Part shown: positions 36,829 to 45,260 of the stretch, one piece after another
Layout of the letters: each line of letters begins with the position of its first letter
Numbering within the stretch: the stretch's first letter is position 1
Origin: a virus
IMG/VR virus record: IMGVR_UViG_3300035682_000025
Coordinates: 8,042 to 72,041 of that record
DNA length: 64,000 nt
Reading direction: 5' to 3' (one strand)
Program-made: the position numbers and the translations under genes
The notes under the pieces: generated by a model
Seen by the model: only the letters and a program-made list of their open reading frames with translations
The model's database searches: none
Told to the model about the DNA's origin: nothing

Positions 36829-37069
36829 CCATCACATTAGTTATTTCATCAGCAAAATCTTCATATCCGCCTATGTAGCGATCATACCACCAAATTTGTG
36901 GAATACTAGACCGCTGAACTGGAATAATCGTTTTCAACTCATTCAGATTTGCATCATCATCTGTGTCCTTGAACACATAAGGTAGATTATATTGAGTCGC
37001 CAGTCTCTTTGCTCTGATGCAATAGCTGCATGTCTCATTTCCGTAAATTGTTATCATTTGGGCCTCCAT
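36803..37069 (-). CDS. Glutaredoxin (NrdH/Grx-like)
   Basis: CSYC active site, IPQIWWYDRYIGGYEDF glutaredoxin C-terminal motif. Confidence 0.7.
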   Translation of the reverse strand: MEAQMITIYGNETCSYCIRAKRLATQYNLPYVFKDTDDDANLNELKTIIPVQRSSIPQIWWYDRYIGGYEDFADEITNVMGGFGDSPF

Positions 37070-37131
37070 AAATGCTGATGTTGATTATTTATGTCAGGTC
37101 CGATAGACAGAACACAATACCACGGCAGTAT

Positions 37132-37156
37132 GCGAGGGTGAAGTTCCCACCCTCGC
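37132..37156. other. Stable 9-bp-stem hairpin in intergenic region (no T-run)
   Basis: GCGAGGGTG-aagttcc-CACCCTCGC. Confidence 0.5.
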
Positions 37157-37201
37157 TTCCGTATTGAATACCATTCAGTTTGTCAGCAACTTCCTGAATG
37201 T

Positions 37202-37690
37202 TCATGCCTTGAAATCCACCGGAACGCAGACACCAGATTTCCAAGAAGAATACTTCGCACCTGCAAGACTGGTTTCAGTTTCGCCCTCGTAGAGAATCTT
37301 GTCAAGCTTAACTCTCTTGCGGTCATCCAACCATCCAGCGAGAGCAATAGTTCCTACAGTGAGTATGATAAGACCAATCACACCTCCGGCGCCAAGAAGA
37401 AAGTCTGTCGTATGATATACCATGGCGTAACCCATAAGGTAGATCACAAATATGCTAAGGGAAGCCAGACCAATAAGGAATGCAGCCGTAACAGCGACCT
37501 TGAACATGCTCCACAGCGTCATTTGCCAATAGGAGCAAAGGTTGTCCCTGCTTTGAACAAATTTTTCTGCGTTATCGTTTCTGTTTAGGCGTTCGTTTGT
37601 TTTTACCATCCTGACATTCAGCTTGTAGTGCCAAGAGTTTTTGTTGACAGAAAAAGTTTTCATTTTAGACCCCATAAATTTCGGTTGCAA
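37202..37690 (-). CDS. Membrane protein (2-3 TM helices)
   Basis: Hydrophobic core VAVTAAFLIGLASLSIFVIYLMGYAMV and GAGGVIGLIILTVGTIALAGWL. Confidence 0.45.
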   Translation of the reverse strand: MQPKFMGSKMKTFSVNKNSWHYKLNVRMVKTNERLNRNDNAEKFVQSRDNLCSYWQMTLWSMFKVAVTAAFLIGLASLSIFVIYLMGYAMVYHTTDFLLGAGGVIGLIILTVGTIALAGWLDDRKRVKLDKILYEGETETSLAGAKYSSWKSGVCVPVDFKA

Positions 37691-38105
37691 TTTGTCCGGC
37701 GCGCTTCATGTCAGCAAGCGCACCAAAATGATCACGAAGCGCTTTCATGATATCACCCTTCTTTGGTACAGGACCCATTTTACTGCGCCCAGTCATGAAT
37801 GCGCTAAGAAATGCAGCAATTTCTTGATCAGAAGCCATCTGTGGAAGCACACTAACAAGAATTGATTTCTCGTCTTCCATATCTTTGCGCTGCCCGTCTC
37901 CAATGTGCAGTTTAAGAAGTTCGTCAATCGTAGCGACCAACTTTTGGACAACCTTGATTGCTTCGTCATCGGTAGTTGCGCGGTTGCCGTTGTTCTTACC
38001 GACCTTCTCAACCTCGCTAAGAGCGAAGACGATTTTAGAAGCAACAGGGTTTCGCTCTTTACGAAGCCGGAGCGACTCAGCTTTCAGTTTTTCAATAATA
38101 CTCAT
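37665..38105 (-). CDS. GatB/YqeY-domain protein
   Basis: MSIIEKLKAESLRLRKERN...VLPQMASDQEIAAFLSAFM...MGPVPKKGDIMKALRDHFGALADMKRAGQI matches the YqeY/GatB C-terminal domain. Start re-assigned to ATG 38105. Confidence 0.6.
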   Translation of the reverse strand: MSIIEKLKAESLRLRKERNPVASKIVFALSEVEKVGKNNGNRATTDDEAIKVVQKLVATIDELLKLHIGDGQRKDMEDEKSILVSVLPQMASDQEIAAFLSAFMTGRSKMGPVPKKGDIMKALRDHFGALADMKRAGQIATEIYGV

Positions 38106-38139
38106 TTCGATTCTCTCGTTTGTGTTTGTGCTTCTAACA

Positions 38140-38448
38140 CTACTCCGAATTTTCATCATTGTCAACCGGATTCGCATAGTAAAGATAGCTTCGGTGTGTT
38201 CTATTTTTCCATGCGAGCGACTCTGACATAAGCTTGTCCAAATGTTCGGTCGAGTGTTCAACTAGGTCGCGCTGCATTGCATCAGCATACCAATCATGTT
38301 CTCGGTCATACGCTGCTGCAACTCCATCAGCTGCTTCATCTAGTGTATTGTCGCTATGACCACAATCCCCTAGAATACGGCAGAAGTGCTGCTCTACTGT
38401 AATTTCATCTGGGTAGTAGGCAATGTCCCAACCCTTGCAGTTACACAT
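38140..38448 (-). CDS. Hypothetical acidic protein
   Basis: 102 aa. Confidence 0.4.
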   Translation of the reverse strand: MCNCKGWDIAYYPDEITVEQHFCRILGDCGHSDNTLDEAADGVAAAYDREHDWYADAMQRDLVEHSTEHLDKLMSESLAWKNRTHRSYLYYANPVDNDENSE

Positions 38449-38828
38449 TAACCTGCCACCTTATATGCTACGATATCCCATCGATTCATTGGGTCGCTTG
38501 CGCTACGATGTCTCCAAGTAATCTGTGGCCAGTGTTTAGCAGCGATAGGAGAACGAGGAATTCTGCCGCGCACTTTGACAGCAACAACAGTTTCGCCATC
38601 AACGGGACGGTCTCCGCCTTCCCATATAATGAAACCATCCCCATCAATTGCAACACTTTCAGAGCAAAGATTGCCAGATGGGTTCTTTGCTGGCTGATAA
38701 TCATTCTCTACAATTGTCAATGCGTTTCTGGCTCGTTCCCTGCACCAATGCCCGCCGCGTTCTTCGCCCCAGCTTGCAATTTCTTGTAAAGCATTCTGTA
38801 GTGATTCATGGGTTTTCATATCAATCAC
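38448..38828 (-). CDS. Hypothetical protein
   Basis: 126 aa. Confidence 0.4.
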   Translation of the reverse strand: MIDMKTHESLQNALQEIASWGEERGGHWCRERARNALTIVENDYQPAKNPSGNLCSESVAIDGDGFIIWEGGDRPVDGETVVAVKVRGRIPRSPIAAKHWPQITWRHRSASDPMNRWDIVAYKVAG

Positions 38829-39963
38829 CGCCTTTCAGCAAAAACGAGTTGGAAATTGTCTTGAAGCTGAAACTCGGGTCTTCATTGCACTTCCACACAA
38901 GACCTTCACGGATTTTGTGATTGATGCTCGGACCTTCTGCAAGAGCAAGACCTTCTTCAACACTGTTGGGTGCTTTCCAGTTAGAGCCGTGTAGTGGAAC
39001 ATGCTCAAGACCAAGCAACTGACAATTTACGCGACGGTCGCCCGGAGAGACATACTCGTGCTTCTGAATGTCGAACATATCGAAGACAAAGAAACGGTGT
39101 TCTTTGAACCCTTCACGGTTACCCTGAATCGACGGGCCGCACACTTCCCCCTGAAATGCATATCCATCTGGAATTTTATCACCAATCTTGAGAGCCATAG
39201 CAACAAAGGTATTGTCCTTGTTCTCGTCATTGATTTTCAGTTCAAGGTTCCGGCTTGCAACACGAAGTTCACCTTCCCATCGGAAGATAGTGCAGCTAGA
39301 ACCGTCCAGCTTCAGAGTGACTTCGTAGGTTGGCTCTTGGAAGTCAGCAGGAAGAACTACTGGCCGTTGATCAAGGCGTTGAAGCTCAGCATCCCAAACA
39401 GTTTCAGTTGCAAGTCGCTTGGCTTTCTTTTGAATATCGCCAAAGCAGTTTTGAATGCGCTCTTGATCGGTCTTCGGGATCAGCGATGTTGGGAAAGTAC
39501 CTTTTGCTTGACCTTGCAATTGCGCAGGAAGAGGTGCTTCCCACTTTTGAATGTTGAGGAATTCGGTCAGGTCAGTACCTTCTTTGATTTCAGGTCGCTC
39601 TGGTAGATTTACAGGAATGTCACCACCGTCACTGTTACACCAAATATTGATATAATCTTCTGCAACGCAAATTGGCAGCAAAAGCCCCTGAGAAACCTGC
39701 CCCCTAAGTTTGATTGTCCGCAGACGTTCACCCTTCACACCATTGTATTCGCGGGGTTCATTTCCTTTGCTCAAGAATGCTGCGAGTTCATGCGGAACCC
39801 AAGAGTCAATTTCGAGGTATACAGCAAGGTCGTTCACAGCGAATTCGCCGCGCTTTACGACGACCTTCCATCCGTCAATAGTAGCCACTTCGACGGCATC
39901 AGCACCTTCGATGGGTCGAATGTCGGCAATGCGCCGAATAGAAGCAAGTTTACGCTCAGTCAT
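38821..39963 (-). CDS. ATP-dependent RNA ligase-like nucleotidyltransferase with N-terminal putative tRNA-binding OB-fold domain
   Basis: Motif I KLDGSS (Rnl1-like KxDGS), motif IV-like EGLVWK, C-terminal K-rich motif V. The N-terminal 60 aa (IRRIADIRPIEGADAVEVATIDGWKVVV) resemble the Trbp111/EMAP-type tRNA-binding domain. Confidence 0.55.
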   Translation of the reverse strand: MTERKLASIRRIADIRPIEGADAVEVATIDGWKVVVKRGEFAVNDLAVYLEIDSWVPHELAAFLSKGNEPREYNGVKGERLRTIKLRGQVSQGLLLPICVAEDYINIWCNSDGGDIPVNLPERPEIKEGTDLTEFLNIQKWEAPLPAQLQGQAKGTFPTSLIPKTDQERIQNCFGDIQKKAKRLATETVWDAELQRLDQRPVVLPADFQEPTYEVTLKLDGSSCTIFRWEGELRVASRNLELKINDENKDNTFVAMALKIGDKIPDGYAFQGEVCGPSIQGNREGFKEHRFFVFDMFDIQKHEYVSPGDRRVNCQLLGLEHVPLHGSNWKAPNSVEEGLALAEGPSINHKIREGLVWKCNEDPSFSFKTISNSFLLKGGD

Positions 39964-40400
39964 CTATTATCTCCATAATAAGTGTGTCCTGTCCAGTTGC
40001 AAAGAACTTTGCCGATTGCATCATAGACAGGACTCACAGCACAGTCGGTAGTTGGCTCATACATGGCCGCATAGTCATACAAAGCAGGAAACAAGTAAAC
40101 ACAAAGAATATGGATATTCTTAGGCATTTCACTAACCTGTTCTTTTTCAGTCCAACGGATCAATTGTTCAAGCTGTTCTTTCCGTTCTTGATCCCGAATA
40201 ATAGACTTCATTGCTCGAGCAGTAAGCTGAGAATGTTCTTTCATTTCTCGAGCAATACTGGCTTCTACACCAGAAAGAGACTTTTTCAGGTGGTCGATGA
40301 TCGGTGTGAGATCAAGCGCATTCTTTTTGTCATGTTCTTCTTGTGCTTGTTTTGCATATTTTGCAAGCAGCCGAGCTTTGGTTTCGGCAATATCAGTCAT
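39960..40400 (-). CDS. Hypothetical protein
   Basis: 146 aa, promoter P9 upstream. Confidence 0.45.
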   Translation of the reverse strand: MTDIAETKARLLAKYAKQAQEEHDKKNALDLTPIIDHLKKSLSGVEASIAREMKEHSQLTARAMKSIIRDQERKEQLEQLIRWTEKEQVSEMPKNIHILCVYLFPALYDYAAMYEPTTDCAVSPVYDAIGKVLCNWTGHTYYGDNR

Positions 40401-40431
40401 GTCATTTTTCCCACATTTGTATCACAGAACC

Positions 40432-40460
40432 ACCATAGGCGATTCTCTAGTATTTGTCAA
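40432..40460 (-). promoter_or_regulatory. Early promoter P9 (TTGACA-N17-TATGGT)
   Basis: Reverse complement reads TTGACAaatactagagaatcgccTATGGT. Confidence 0.5.
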
Positions 40461-40496
40461 CCGCTCTTCGTTTGTCTCCAAGAAACATAATCCGCA

Positions 40497-40700
40497 TCAT
40501 TTCCCTTCACATCGAACAAATGTAAGAGTTTCTGGGTCAATTCGTGGGGCCATCATTTGAAAATATGTATCTTCTCCATCGACCCAATATGCAACACCAT
40601 CCAAACATACTGTAATCATATCACTGGTTTGATCGGTATTGTTTTTTTCTTCACATCCTGCAAGAGATAGAAGTACAGCGGCAATAACAAGATATTTCAT
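40497..40700 (-). CDS. Small lipoprotein
   Basis: Signal peptide with lipobox LLSLAGC. 67 aa. ATGA-coupled to the upstream ORF. Confidence 0.55.
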   Translation of the reverse strand: MKYLVIAAVLLSLAGCEEKNNTDQTSDMITVCLDGVAYWVDGEDTYFQMMAPRIDPETLTFVRCEGK

Positions 40701-40876
40701 TGAGCTCGCTCCATTTGGATTTCTTTGATGACTTCAATCATCTGATTTTCATCAGCTTCAGCAAATTCATCTACATAAGCTTGAATTTCCCAAGCAAGTT
40801 CTTGGGCATCCCAATTCCATACTGGTTGCCCATTATCAGCAGTAGTCTGCATCAGTTCAAGCAATTGCTCTTTCAT
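40697..40876 (-). CDS. Small acidic cytoplasmic protein (59 aa), not in track
   Basis: MKEQLLELMQTTADNGQPVWNWDAQELAWEIQAYVDEFAEADENQMIEVIKEIQMERAQ. ATGA overlaps at both ends link it to the two lipoprotein genes. Confidence 0.45.
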   Translation of the reverse strand: MKEQLLELMQTTADNGQPVWNWDAQELAWEIQAYVDEFAEADENQMIEVIKEIQMERAQ

Positions 40877-41229
40877 TTCATTTCCTCAGTAGCATCAGGA
40901 ATAGTATATTCTACGCCGATTCTACGGCTAATGTCAATCACATACTGCTCACGAGATTCCCTGACTGCTTCGCGAATGCCTTCACTGACTTCATTAGCAA
41001 GCTCTCGCGGAACTAATGGGCGATTGCTATCAAAGCATCTACGGCCGAGGCATGGCTCATCGAACCAAACAGGATACCCATTCTTCAAGATAGTTACACC
41101 ATCTTGACTGAGTGTGTACCCCTTCTCTTCCATGTAAGGGTTTAGCTCAGGAGGCCAGACTGCTGGACTTGGCTCGATATTACACGCAGCAACGAAAAGG
41201 ATGGTGCATAGAAGGAGTGATTTTCTCAT
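40873..41229 (-). CDS. Lipoprotein
   Basis: Signal peptide with lipobox LFVAAC. 118 aa. Confidence 0.55.
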   Translation of the reverse strand: MRKSLLLCTILFVAACNIEPSPAVWPPELNPYMEEKGYTLSQDGVTILKNGYPVWFDEPCLGRRCFDSNRPLVPRELANEVSEGIREAVRESREQYVIDISRRIGVEYTIPDATEEMK

Positions 41230-41435
41230 TCCGCATCGCCTCCCGTTAGCACATTACTGGGGTGAATGGACCGCTCCGATTCATCATCCCATCGGACACG
41301 AAGAATGGCTTCTAAACCATTGCTGGAAAATCCGATTACATGACCAAACATGGGTCGTGCTTCTAGTCCTCTATATATACCACCATGAGAACCATCTTTC
41401 TCGCGAACAACAGTTCCAATCTTGTATTTCCACAT
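41226..41435 (-). CDS. Hypothetical protein
   Basis: 69 aa, ATGA-coupled. Confidence 0.4.
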   Translation of the reverse strand: MWKYKIGTVVREKDGSHGGIYRGLEARPMFGHVIGFSSNGLEAILRVRWDDESERSIHPSNVLTGGDAE

Positions 41436-41440
41436 TTTGC

Positions 41441-41698
41441 TTATTTCCTATGTTCAAGCGCCGCAGAGACGCGGGCAAAGTGATCTGCTTCCGCAGCACG
41501 GAATTTTGTATTGTAGAATTCCCGAGCAGATTCGATTGTATCTTGGTTCAGCGCCTGCATAGCAATGCTATTTGTGATTGATCGCATGGTCGAATTTGCA
41601 TCATAGAGATTTGCATACAGTTGCAAATCTCCACCACTGATGAAATTCGCAAGCTTCGTGCGAAGAACATAAGCCCACATAAGAACAGGGTCTTTCAT
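41441..41698 (-). CDS. Hypothetical protein
   Basis: 85 aa. Confidence 0.4.
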   Translation of the reverse strand: MKDPVLMWAYVLRTKLANFISGGDLQLYANLYDANSTMRSITNSIAMQALNQDTIESAREFYNTKFRAAEADHFARVSAALEHRK

Positions 41699-41699
41699 T

Positions 41700-41957
41700 T
41701 CAAGCAGCCTTGTATTCGAGGTTTCCAGCTTTCGCCAACCGCAAGATCACATACCCCATGTTCAGGGGATACCAGTTGACAAATTCGTCGGTAGACACTT
41801 CAGCACTCGTTTTCAGAACACCCTTGGCAGCATACCGCAGAATGTCATATCCGCATTCAAGACCGTTCGTTTCTTTGAATTTTGCGAGGGCTGCATTGAC
41901 GAGAACTTCTTTATTCAGTTCCCAAGGAGATGCGTATTTCATGAAGTGTCCTTTCAT
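41700..41957 (-). CDS. Hypothetical protein
   Basis: 85 aa, first gene after promoter P10. Confidence 0.4.
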   Translation of the reverse strand: MKGHFMKYASPWELNKEVLVNAALAKFKETNGLECGYDILRYAAKGVLKTSAEVSTDEFVNWYPLNMGYVILRLAKAGNLEYKAA

Positions 41958-41968
41958 CTGACTTCATC

Positions 41969-41997
41969 AATCTACACCGATTCGATGCTCGTGTCAA
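41969..41997 (-). promoter_or_regulatory. Conserved early promoter P10
   Basis: Reverse complement reads TTGACAcgagcatcgaatcggtgTAGATT. Confidence 0.6.
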
Positions 41998-42248
41998 GCA
42001 TCTTTCTCATGGAATATCTCATTTTCGCCGATCATATCTAAAATAAGTTGAGCAGAAATAAGAACGATAGAGCTCTCTCGCGAACCCTCGTCATTCTTTC
42101 GTAAGATGTGAAATACAACGCTCCTATCGTTTGGTTGGTGCAATTCAACTCCGGTGCAAACGAGGTCTTGGATCTTAGGTTTCAGTTGCCGAAGAAATTC
42201 GGTAATATAATCTAGGTCATCACTTAACAATTCTGAGCGCATAGACAT
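41994..42248 (-). CDS. Hypothetical protein
   Basis: 84 aa. Confidence 0.4.
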   Translation of the reverse strand: MSMRSELLSDDLDYITEFLRQLKPKIQDLVCTGVELHQPNDRSVVFHILRKNDEGSRESSIVLISAQLILDMIGENEIFHEKDA

Positions 42249-42249
42249 C

Positions 42250-43371
42250 CTATGCCTCCAACCAGTTCATCATTGCTTCATACTTCGGACCGTTACCGAC
42301 GGAATCCTTGATCTTCTTGATAACGAGAGGGCGAAGTTCCTTGCCATCAAGAGCCGAGAAGATGAAAGAAGCATCTTCCTTGTTGATCAGATTCGGGACG
42401 AAGTTGATAGCAACATCCTTCTTCACTCCACCATGCAGGACACGAGCAAGAGTAACCAACCCCTCCAGCCGCCCAAGAGCGTTCTCCAGCGCAGCGTCAA
42501 AGCGGCGTTCATAAGCACGAACGGTTGCCAGGTCAGTCGCATCAAGCAACGGGAGAACATCATCCAGCTGCTCGTTGATGATAATGTCAGCGATGTTTCG
42601 GTCAGAGCGAACCAAGTCTTTGGTTTTATGAATACGGACATACCAGTCGTTCTTGATCTTCAACATGTGGCCATCAGCGAACCGAATGATATCACCTTCA
42701 CGGCCAGACATCTCGCGAGCACGAGCAATGTATTCCGACAGACCACCCTCTACAGAACCATACTGCTGAACAACCTCGAAAGGAGCCGAGTGTGGCATAT
42801 AGTAGTTGCCAGTGAAGTTGTTGCGCATGGCCAGAAGAACGAGCTTCGGCTCAGCATACTCAATCACGATTTTGTTGGTCGGAGCAATATATTCAAAGAT
42901 AGGAGTTACATCGGAAAGCACCAGCTGCTCAAGCCACTCGTATTGTTCAGCAGTAAGCAGTTTTTCAGCTTCAATAGCGATGTCAGTCACGCCCATCTTG
43001 GTTGCAAGACGAACCATTCCGTTCAGGCAAATCGGCCGGATCATCGACCCATCCATCTTTTCCATGATGACATGGGGCTTGGTCATATCAATTGCATGAA
43101 TTTGCGTTTCTTCTTTTTCAAGGGCATTGAAAAATTTGTGGAAGGGGCGCGACATGATATAGCCCTCAAGGTCAAAGATCAAGCCGCGGCATTCACGCCG
43201 AATAGCACCACCAAGGTCATCCGGGCCAGTCATATCAAAGGTATCAGCCATCGCAACAACATAGTTGATAACAGTACCAAACTCGCGCTCAGCAACAATA
43301 AATTCGGAGCGACCTTCAATGTGAGGAAGCACATCGTTGATGGTGCGGATTTCAGGGAATTGATAGTTCAT
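42250..43371 (-). CDS. rnlA: RNA ligase 1 (T4 RnlA homolog)
   Basis: ECRGLIFD, motif I EKMDGSM, FEYIAPTNKIV, EGDIIRFADGHMLKIKNDWYVRIH all match T4 Rnl1. 373 aa. Confidence 0.85.
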   Translation of the reverse strand: MNYQFPEIRTINDVLPHIEGRSEFIVAEREFGTVINYVVAMADTFDMTGPDDLGGAIRRECRGLIFDLEGYIMSRPFHKFFNALEKEETQIHAIDMTKPHVIMEKMDGSMIRPICLNGMVRLATKMGVTDIAIEAEKLLTAEQYEWLEQLVLSDVTPIFEYIAPTNKIVIEYAEPKLVLLAMRNNFTGNYYMPHSAPFEVVQQYGSVEGGLSEYIARAREMSGREGDIIRFADGHMLKIKNDWYVRIHKTKDLVRSDRNIADIIINEQLDDVLPLLDATDLATVRAYERRFDAALENALGRLEGLVTLARVLHGGVKKDVAINFVPNLINKEDASFIFSALDGKELRPLVIKKIKDSVGNGPKYEAMMNWLEA

Positions 43372-43553
43372 TATTCACTCTTTTCTTCAGCTGCCAACCG
43401 CGCATCGCGGATTTTCCTAAGTTGATGAATTGCCAACTTCGCCTTGTTATTTTCTCTGATCATGCGGTCTCTTTGAGCTTTAAGTTTTTCTAGAGCACGA
43501 GCAGTTTCTCTGATCTTTTCGTCAAGTTCAGCAATAGATTCTTTGGTGTTCAT
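43371..43553 (-). CDS. Hypothetical coiled-coil protein
   Basis: 60 aa, Lys/Arg/Glu-rich helix. Confidence 0.4.
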   Translation of the reverse strand: MNTKESIAELDEKIRETARALEKLKAQRDRMIRENNKAKLAIHQLRKIRDARLAAEEKSE

Positions 43554-43560
43554 GCTATAG

Positions 43561-43612
43561 TCCTTCTTTACCTTACAGAATCAACATACATCGATTCGCA
43601 TTCTATGTCAAC
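43561..43612. repeat. 52-bp duplicated promoter/5-prime-UTR cassette, copy 1
   Basis: Identical to 44038-44089 apart from 2 mismatches. Confidence 0.85.
43583..43611 (-). promoter_or_regulatory. Early promoter P11 (part of 52-bp duplicated promoter/leader, copy 1)
   Basis: Reverse complement reads TTGACAtagaatgcgaatcgatgTATGTTgattctgtaaggtaaagaagga. Confidence 0.55.
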
Positions 43613-43712
43613 AGTTAATTTCTGCTGCAGTGCCTTCTTCCATCAAATTAGCCATTTCGTTTGCTCCTTGTTTCCGTGTAGCACGCCTAGCACTCGGCTG
43701 CCGAGTCAGCCA

Positions 43713-44030
43713 TCAAAATGGATGACCGTTTGCCATTTGAATGGTAAGTGGCCCAATGAACCGCTCCCGACGCGCTTGGTTTTCTGCATTGCGCCGCAGG
43801 TTATAAATACGACCCTCCAACAGACTAACAGCGGTTGCGCGGCGCTGAACGAGAACTTCCCGACGGCCGCCCAGGCGAACGCGGAAATATTGCAGCATGA
43901 TCTGATCCAACTGGGTATGACTGGCTTTTGTAACGGTGGCGAGAATAGACCGAGCCTCAATTTCCCACTTGGTGGGCGGCTGCGGCTCAACATCGATGTT
44001 GTCGATTCGATAGTAGCACATCTGGTGCAT
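43713..44030 (-). CDS. Hypothetical Arg-rich protein
   Basis: 105 aa, driven by promoter P12 (duplicated cassette). Confidence 0.4.
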   Translation of the reverse strand: MHQMCYYRIDNIDVEPQPPTKWEIEARSILATVTKASHTQLDQIMLQYFRVRLGGRREVLVQRRATAVSLLEGRIYNLRRNAENQARRERFIGPLTIQMANGHPF

Positions 44031-44037
44031 TGTCGTT

Positions 44038-44089
44038 TCCTTCTTTACCTTACAGAATCAACATACATCGATTCGAATGCTATGTCAAC
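44038..44089. repeat. 52-bp duplicated promoter/5-prime-UTR cassette, copy 2
   Basis: tccttctttaccttacagaatcaacatacatcgattcgaatgctatgtcaac versus copy 1 ...cgcattctatg... Confidence 0.85.
44060..44088 (-). promoter_or_regulatory. Early promoter P12 (copy 2 of duplicated cassette)
   Basis: Reverse complement reads TTGACAtagcattcgaatcgatgTATGTT. Confidence 0.55.
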
Positions 44090-44318
44090 CAACAATCGTC
44101 CCAATTCTTCGCAAAGAAACGCCACTTACACCCATTGTATCCTCGCTAATGGTTACAAAGGAGTTGGCGAACTTACCACGGCCATCATGTGTGTAGGTTC
44201 CTTGCATGATGACCGTATCCGTTCCGCCACCGTGCCAGTAAACCTCAATATCAAGAATGCCAGTCAGCTTTTTGTCGGTGTAGTTCCAATCTTCCCAGAC
44301 AATATGTTCAATTTGCAT
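44085..44318 (-). CDS. Hypothetical protein
   Basis: Start re-assigned to the internal ATG, ATGA-coupled to the upstream gene. Confidence 0.35.
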   Translation of the reverse strand: MQIEHIVWEDWNYTDKKLTGILDIEVYWHGGGTDTVIMQGTYTHDGRGKFANSFVTISEDTMGVSGVSLRRIGTIVG

Positions 44319-44319
44319 G

Positions 44320-44628
44320 TTAGATTCCTCCGTTCTGATTCCAATAATCTTCGTTCTCTTTTTCGATTTGTTCCCACTCGTCAATGAGAGATACTACATG
44401 CTCAGTATCAGCCAAGTAAGGTTCTTCCCATTCTGGGTCATTCATCGAAGAATAGACAGAATGGCCACCGTGCTGGACATAGAACATGTCAGCAAGGTCG
44501 CTGTCTACATAGATGCGACAGCCTCCCCATTCTTCGTATGAATGCCAGTTGTATTCATGGGCCAGTTGCTTGCCGACTAGATAGGAGTCTTTGTCAATTT
44601 CAGGATCATGGGTCTTCATCGAATTCAT
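44320..44628 (-). CDS. Hypothetical acidic protein
   Basis: 102 aa. Confidence 0.4.
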   Translation of the reverse strand: MNSMKTHDPEIDKDSYLVGKQLAHEYNWHSYEEWGGCRIYVDSDLADMFYVQHGGHSVYSSMNDPEWEEPYLADTEHVVSLIDEWEQIEKENEDYWNQNGGI

Positions 44629-44806
44629 CCTTTTCTATATATAGAACAGTTCCATCGGAAATCCAGTCGCCACGGTGATTATCAACATAAGCCGCTGCTT
44701 CAAAAACATCCTCTTCGGTTGCTTCAAGATCATCTGGAAGCTCAAATCGAACGGTGAGAGTAGTCGTGTATTGAATTTCGGCGTAGTACACAGCCATCAG
44801 AACCAT
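44606..44806 (-). CDS. Hypothetical protein
   Basis: 66 aa. Confidence 0.35.
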   Translation of the reverse strand: MVLMAVYYAEIQYTTTLTVRFELPDDLEATEEDVFEAAAYVDNHRGDWISDGTVLYIEKDEFDEDP

Positions 44807-44985
44807 CCAAAGAGATAGACACCGGGGATAAGCAGAACTGCAAGGCTCAAAATAAGATCTCTAATATCACTGCGCGTCCATGTGAGTTGCCCCTTATCCA
44901 TGATATCTGTAAAGACAATAATAAACAACAAGAAGTTCCAGCAGATGGCAGGAATGAAGGTCAACCAGGCAAGAATAGTAAGCAT
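44797..44985 (-). CDS. Small membrane protein (2 TM)
   Basis: 62 aa, hydrophobic. Confidence 0.35.
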   Translation of the reverse strand: MLTILAWLTFIPAICWNFLLFIIVFTDIMDKGQLTWTRSDIRDLILSLAVLLIPGVYLFGWF

Positions 44986-44997
44986 TTTGTGTATCCT

Positions 44998-45204
44998 TTA
45001 CACAGAGAGGGTTGATTCTTTGCGAGCACGACACTCGCGAATTTGATCAATCAGCTGGTCACGGTCTTCATCTGTGAAACGGCTTCCGTAGGAATATGCA
45101 GAGTGAAGCCATCCAAGGGCATAATCTCGCCCCCGAACATCAATGATTGTATCAACAAGCAGTTTGCGAAGCTCAATGAGCGACATATTTTCAAACTCTT
45201 CCAT
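44998..45204 (-). CDS. Hypothetical protein
   Basis: 68 aa, after promoter P13. Confidence 0.4.
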   Translation of the reverse strand: MEEFENMSLIELRKLLVDTIIDVRGRDYALGWLHSAYSYGSRFTDEDRDQLIDQIRECRARKESTLSV

Positions 45205-45231
45205 GTCAGTTCTCCTCTTGATTACAGATTG

Positions 45232-45260
45232 ACACTACACCGATTCGGTTTGATTGTCAA
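45232..45260 (-). promoter_or_regulatory. Conserved early promoter P13
   Basis: Reverse complement reads TTGACAatcaaaccgaatcggtgTAGTGTcaat. Confidence 0.6.

Noticed and set aside
42433-43425. 330-aa + strand ORF and 43605-44387 (260 aa) + strand ORF
   Set aside because: Antisense shadows of the RnlA gene and of the - strand small-gene array. They have no RBS, conflict with clearly homologous - strand genes, and span the mapped - strand promoters.
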